Shown piece by piece: positions 60,787 to 64,000 of a stretch of 64,000 bases of DNA. The stretch's first letter is position 1. Each line of letters starts with the position of its first letter. The position numbers were made by a program, and so were the translations under genes. The stretch covers positions 1,952,001 through 2,016,000 of the forward strand of contig OY970340.1 in assembly GCA_963717465.1 (NCBI GenBank). Reading direction: 5' to 3'. The notes beneath the pieces are model-generated. The model did not search any database. It saw only the letters and a list, made by a program, of their open reading frames with translations, and was not told the DNA's origin. Source of the DNA: Candidatus Bathyarchaeota archaeon (GTDB lineage: Archaea; Thermoproteota; Bathyarchaeia; Bathyarchaeales; Bathycorpusculaceae).

Positions 60787-61914
60787 TTATTCTCGCTTTT
60801 GTTTACTCGCATTTTGAATTAGAGTTATCCACTTGTTTTTTCCTTCTATGGTTATTCCGCATGCTTCGCTTGGAGTTTTGCCTTCTAATGCTTCATGGGG
60901 TCTTATGTAGTTGTGGAATATTTGGTAGCCTTGAAGGATTGCTGTGTCGTTTGTTTTTAATCCTCTCATGGTTTTTTCTCTATCTCGGATTTCACCGTTC
61001 ATTCTTTCCATTTTGTTATTGTTTCTATCGCCCCTAAGTTGAATGTGAGCAATATGCTCGGTTCTCGTCTCTTTCAAGTATGTCCAATATTCTTTTAGGT
61101 ATGCATCGCGGTAAGCGGGTAAACCATCAGTTATGAACGTCATTGGTTTTTTGCCCATAAGCTCTTTAGACATTCGCAATAGGTTTCTTGCATCATGCTT
61201 ATCTTTTGTTTCTGCGACTTCTTGCGCTATTCAAAACCTTGTCTCATCATCCATCATTGAGAACAAATATTTCATGTTACCTTTAACTTTGAGGTAAATT
61301 TCGTCTGCTCTCCATGTATCGCTTACGTTTGGCACTATTTTTTCTGTGTAGTTTTTCATTAGGGCTATGTACTTTTTAATCCAGTTATAGATTGTTTGAT
61401 GCGAAATCTCAACACCTAACAACTGTAAAGATTCCATTGTATTCCGTAATGATTCACCACTAAAGTAAAGTTGCATGGCACTAGTGATTGCTTGAGGATT
61501 ATGCTTCATTCGTTCAAAACCTATGTTGAAAGTAAAGTCTTTGTGGCAATTTTTGCAGTTGAATACTTGGATATTTCCAGCTTTGTTTTTTCTTATGCCA
61601 TGTTTAACTATGTTTGGTGAACCGCAATAGATGCAATTTGAAAGGTTTTCTATTGGAGTAATTGTTCTGACTTTTACTTCTGCTCTCATTGTTAATGAGA
61701 ACTTTACCGCATGAATGTGTTTGCATTCTACATGTCGGTATGTGTTGTCGGGGCATTGGCAAATCCATTCATCGTCTATTTTGGTTACTGCGTACTCTCC
61801 GTTTCCTGATTGTGATTTGACTTTATAGAAGCATTCGTCAACTCTTTGTATTTGGTTTTGGAGTTTTGCGATTGCTTCTCCGCGTTCTTCTCTTGTGGTT
61901 GTTAGTTGTGCCAT
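60787..61914 (-). pseudogene. IS6-family DDE transposase with N-terminal SWIM and zinc ribbon, interrupted by in-frame TGA
   Basis: CQCPD..CKH, CIYC..CKNC, WRADE, ITDG, NNKMER, YNxxRPH-like. The two ORFs are one frame broken by TGA 61233-61231 (DDETRF*IAQEV, likely TGG>TGA). Confidence 0.88.
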
Positions 61915-62042
61915 TTTACTTACCCTTATGTTTACCTAATAACACACCCACTTGTAAGCATTTAGGTGTGCTATTGGACAGCGTTATAGGTAAATTAATA
62001 TACCACTTAACCTATACCTACACCTAACAAAAGGTAAAGAAA

Positions 62043-62228
62043 ATGGGCGAAATAACTAACCTAAACAAGGCAGCATCAAAAACCGAGTCTCTACGAACCA
62101 CTGTTCCATCAAGCATCATTCACCAATTCGGCTTAACCGAATGGGATAAACTTGAATGGATTTTAAAGGCTGAAGGCGGAGAACTTATTATTCAGGTTAA
62201 ACCAATAAAAACAGGAAGAACCGAATAA
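62043..62228 (+). CDS. AbrB/MazE-type DNA-binding protein
   Basis: SLRTTVP..I..FGL..DKLEW. Confidence 0.8.
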   Translation: MGEITNLNKAASKTESLRTTVPSSIIHQFGLTEWDKLEWILKAEGGELIIQVKPIKTGRTE

Positions 62229-62247
62229 AGAACAGGAGAAATTTACT

Positions 62248-62487
62248 TTGGCAGTTAAGGATAGAACAGGAGAAAAGTGTCCATTCTGTGACAAAGGCAA
62301 ACTTTTTGTTACAGGAAAAAGAGAAGTTTTGGAACCTGCTATAACACCTAAAAGTGGTGAATATCATAGAGAATTTACTGAATATGAGTGTGATGCTTGC
62401 CACAAAAGAACTGGTGCGCATGGACTAGGTATAGGGGTATCGCTTCATCTAACAGGTTCTGCAAAAGTCGAAAAAAAGAGTGATTAA
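62248..62487 (+). CDS. Small zinc-finger protein
   Basis: CPFC..CDAC; SD AGGAG. Confidence 0.65.
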   Translation: MAVKDRTGEKCPFCDKGKLFVTGKREVLEPAITPKSGEYHREFTEYECDACHKRTGAHGLGIGVSLHLTGSAKVEKKSD

Positions 62488-62694
62488 TTAGGTCATGCCT
62501 CGAAAGTTTACATGGAGAGTCAAGCCTTGAGAACTTTACAGAACCCTAAGCACGTTAGATAGAATAACATTCTTTAAATGATTTTAACGGCAAGCTTTTT
62601 TGAGACATTACGTCTCTTCTAATCGTTTGACTAATTTGTCATCTAGTTTGGCAGTGGTTAGTTTATACAGGTAACTTAACCAAGCCCTCGTGCC

Positions 62695-63018
62695 TCAAGA
62701 TATACAAGATGCCCAGATTATTCTTGTGTTTTCCTTAATCAATTGGTCAACCATATCCTCAATTTCTTTAGGGTCCATTGCTTCTTTGTTTGCCCTGTCA
62801 GCTATTATTATGTTTGCCACACTGACCAGGTAGTTATGCATAAAGTCGTAGTTGCTTCCCTCATATTTACCTGTATTTTGATTTTGACAGTAAATGCAAT
62901 AATTAGCATCAAATTTTGAAGACCCAGTTTCATTTAAATCACATCCACAACGAAGGCAAACTGCTGATTGTCTGTTATCGGTAAAACTCACTATCTGTAT
63001 GTTTTCCACAAACATCAC
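62695..63018 (-). CDS. Zinc-ribbon protein
   Basis: CLRCG..YCIYC. Confidence 0.55.
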   Translation of the reverse strand: MMFVENIQIVSFTDNRQSAVCLRCGCDLNETGSSKFDANYCIYCQNQNTGKYEGSNYDFMHNYLVSVANIIIADRANKEAMDPKEIEDMVDQLIKENTRIIWASCIS

Positions 63019-63983
63019 CTCCCAGAACTAAATATCAGCGATTGTTGAAATGATGGTTTTCCCAACTCTTTTTTCTCCATCAAAATGTTTATAACTTCTA
63101 CGACTGCTTCGGCTGTTCTGCCTTCAAAATCTGGCCCGAAAAGCTCAACAATATCTCCTAAAAGAAGGCTATTTTGGTTTAGTTGCAATCCTATGGGCAA
63201 ACCAATTTTAATATTGTTTTTGACGGCAAAACTCTTTATTATTTGGACTATTTTGGCGATTTTGGTTAGAGGTACCCCATCCTCGCCTATTTCAAAGAGA
63301 TTTTTGTGAACGATGATTTGAGGGTTATTTAGGCTCTCAATTGGTTGCATTATGCAATCATGAAGAGCGCTTGTCAGTTTCTCCCTGTTAGTTTCTAACA
63401 TAATGTCTTTTTCGGCTAACGCGGTTAAAACGTGAAAAGAGCAGTATTCCATTGCCGTATATTTTTCTCTTCTGCTGGAGAGTCCATCCACATCAAAGGA
63501 ATAGAATATATGCGTCGGCAATGAGCTGATCCACTTTGATAATGTTGATTCGATCTCTTCTTGTGTTCCCCTCCAGTCTAGAAAGAAAATTCTATCGTTC
63601 ATTTTTTGAGGCAGTTTATTAGTCATGTATTCTTGTCTTAACTTTGTAACGCCAACAAATAGTATTGAGGAGATAATCTCTTTTTCGAGAAGAAATGAGA
63701 AAACATTACCTTTCCATCGTATTTTTTCAAAATCGTACAAATCAGCGTGAGCGTCAAAACATACAACCCCTATTTTTGGAGCCGGGTTTAAATCTTTGTA
63801 TACTCTTAGGACGATTTCAGTTGTAGCGTGTGAGTCAGAAAGAAACAATAAATTGCCATTTTTCCCGTCTTTGCACTTTTCCAGATTTTCCTTGACTATT
63901 CTCTCGCAATCGCTGTATGCTTTTTCCTCAGCATAATTAACATCCAAATCCTTATTCTTTGTCAATGTTTCTCTAATCCACAA
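63015..63983 (-). CDS. Arginase/ureohydrolase-fold protein (may extend beyond the window)
   Basis: DSH, FDAHADL, SFDVDG, DIVE. Confidence 0.75.
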   Translation of the reverse strand: MWIRETLTKNKDLDVNYAEEKAYSDCERIVKENLEKCKDGKNGNLLFLSDSHATTEIVLRVYKDLNPAPKIGVVCFDAHADLYDFEKIRWKGNVFSFLLEKEIISSILFVGVTKLRQEYMTNKLPQKMNDRIFFLDWRGTQEEIESTLSKWISSLPTHIFYSFDVDGLSSRREKYTAMEYCSFHVLTALAEKDIMLETNREKLTSALHDCIMQPIESLNNPQIIVHKNLFEIGEDGVPLTKIAKIVQIIKSFAVKNNIKIGLPIGLQLNQNSLLLGDIVELFGPDFEGRTAEAVVEVINILMEKKELGKPSFQQSLIFSSGR

Positions 63984-64000
63984 CCATTCGGGAATTTTTG

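Noticed and set aside
61231..61233. TGA recoding (Sec or Trp) in the transposase
   Set aside because: TGA ends many normal genes here; a TGG>TGA nonsense change is simpler.
61925..61940. DtxR-like box CTTATGTTTACCTAAT before the transposase
   Set aside because: The mismatch breaks the palindrome; it lies among local ACCTA repeats more plausibly tied to the AbrB gene.
1..64000. CRISPR array or rRNA
   Set aside because: No regularly spaced repeat-spacer units or rRNA-like sequence seen; the 26-bp element is spaced by kilobases.

Overview
Archaeal chromosome segment. Bathyarchaeia is my inference, from the EF-1A and short XPF sequences, an intron-containing tRNA-Pro and the surface-protein families; it was not checked against a database. 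Most of the window is housekeeping and accessory genes: EF-1A, XPF, NRAMP/DtxR with operators, GDT1, CBS, DedA, Ndh-II, a beta-CASP nuclease, GGPP synthase and PadR. Three regions stand out. (1) An ~18 kb single-strand head-tail virion cluster (19.8-37.9 kb) has TerS, TerL, portal, protease-scaffold, HK97-type capsid, neck/tail/baseplate and holin-like genes. I see no integrase, replication genes, att sites or long tape measure, and a membrane-anchored surface protein sits inside it. It is a gene-transfer-agent-like or domesticated provirus candidate. (2) A SWIM/IS6-type DDE gene has its last 18 codons repeated 1.2 kb downstream as a synonymously diverged orphan tail, bracketing a DUF5678 + aspartyl-protease pair. 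This suggests cassette capture by 3'-end replacement. (3) An accessory island next to the tRNA-Pro 3' end holds a decayed TerS paralog and three copies of a 26-bp palindromic element, each upstream of and co-oriented with a cargo gene. Two genes appear to start at ACG behind strong Shine-Dalgarno sites. All assignments come from reading motifs by eye.
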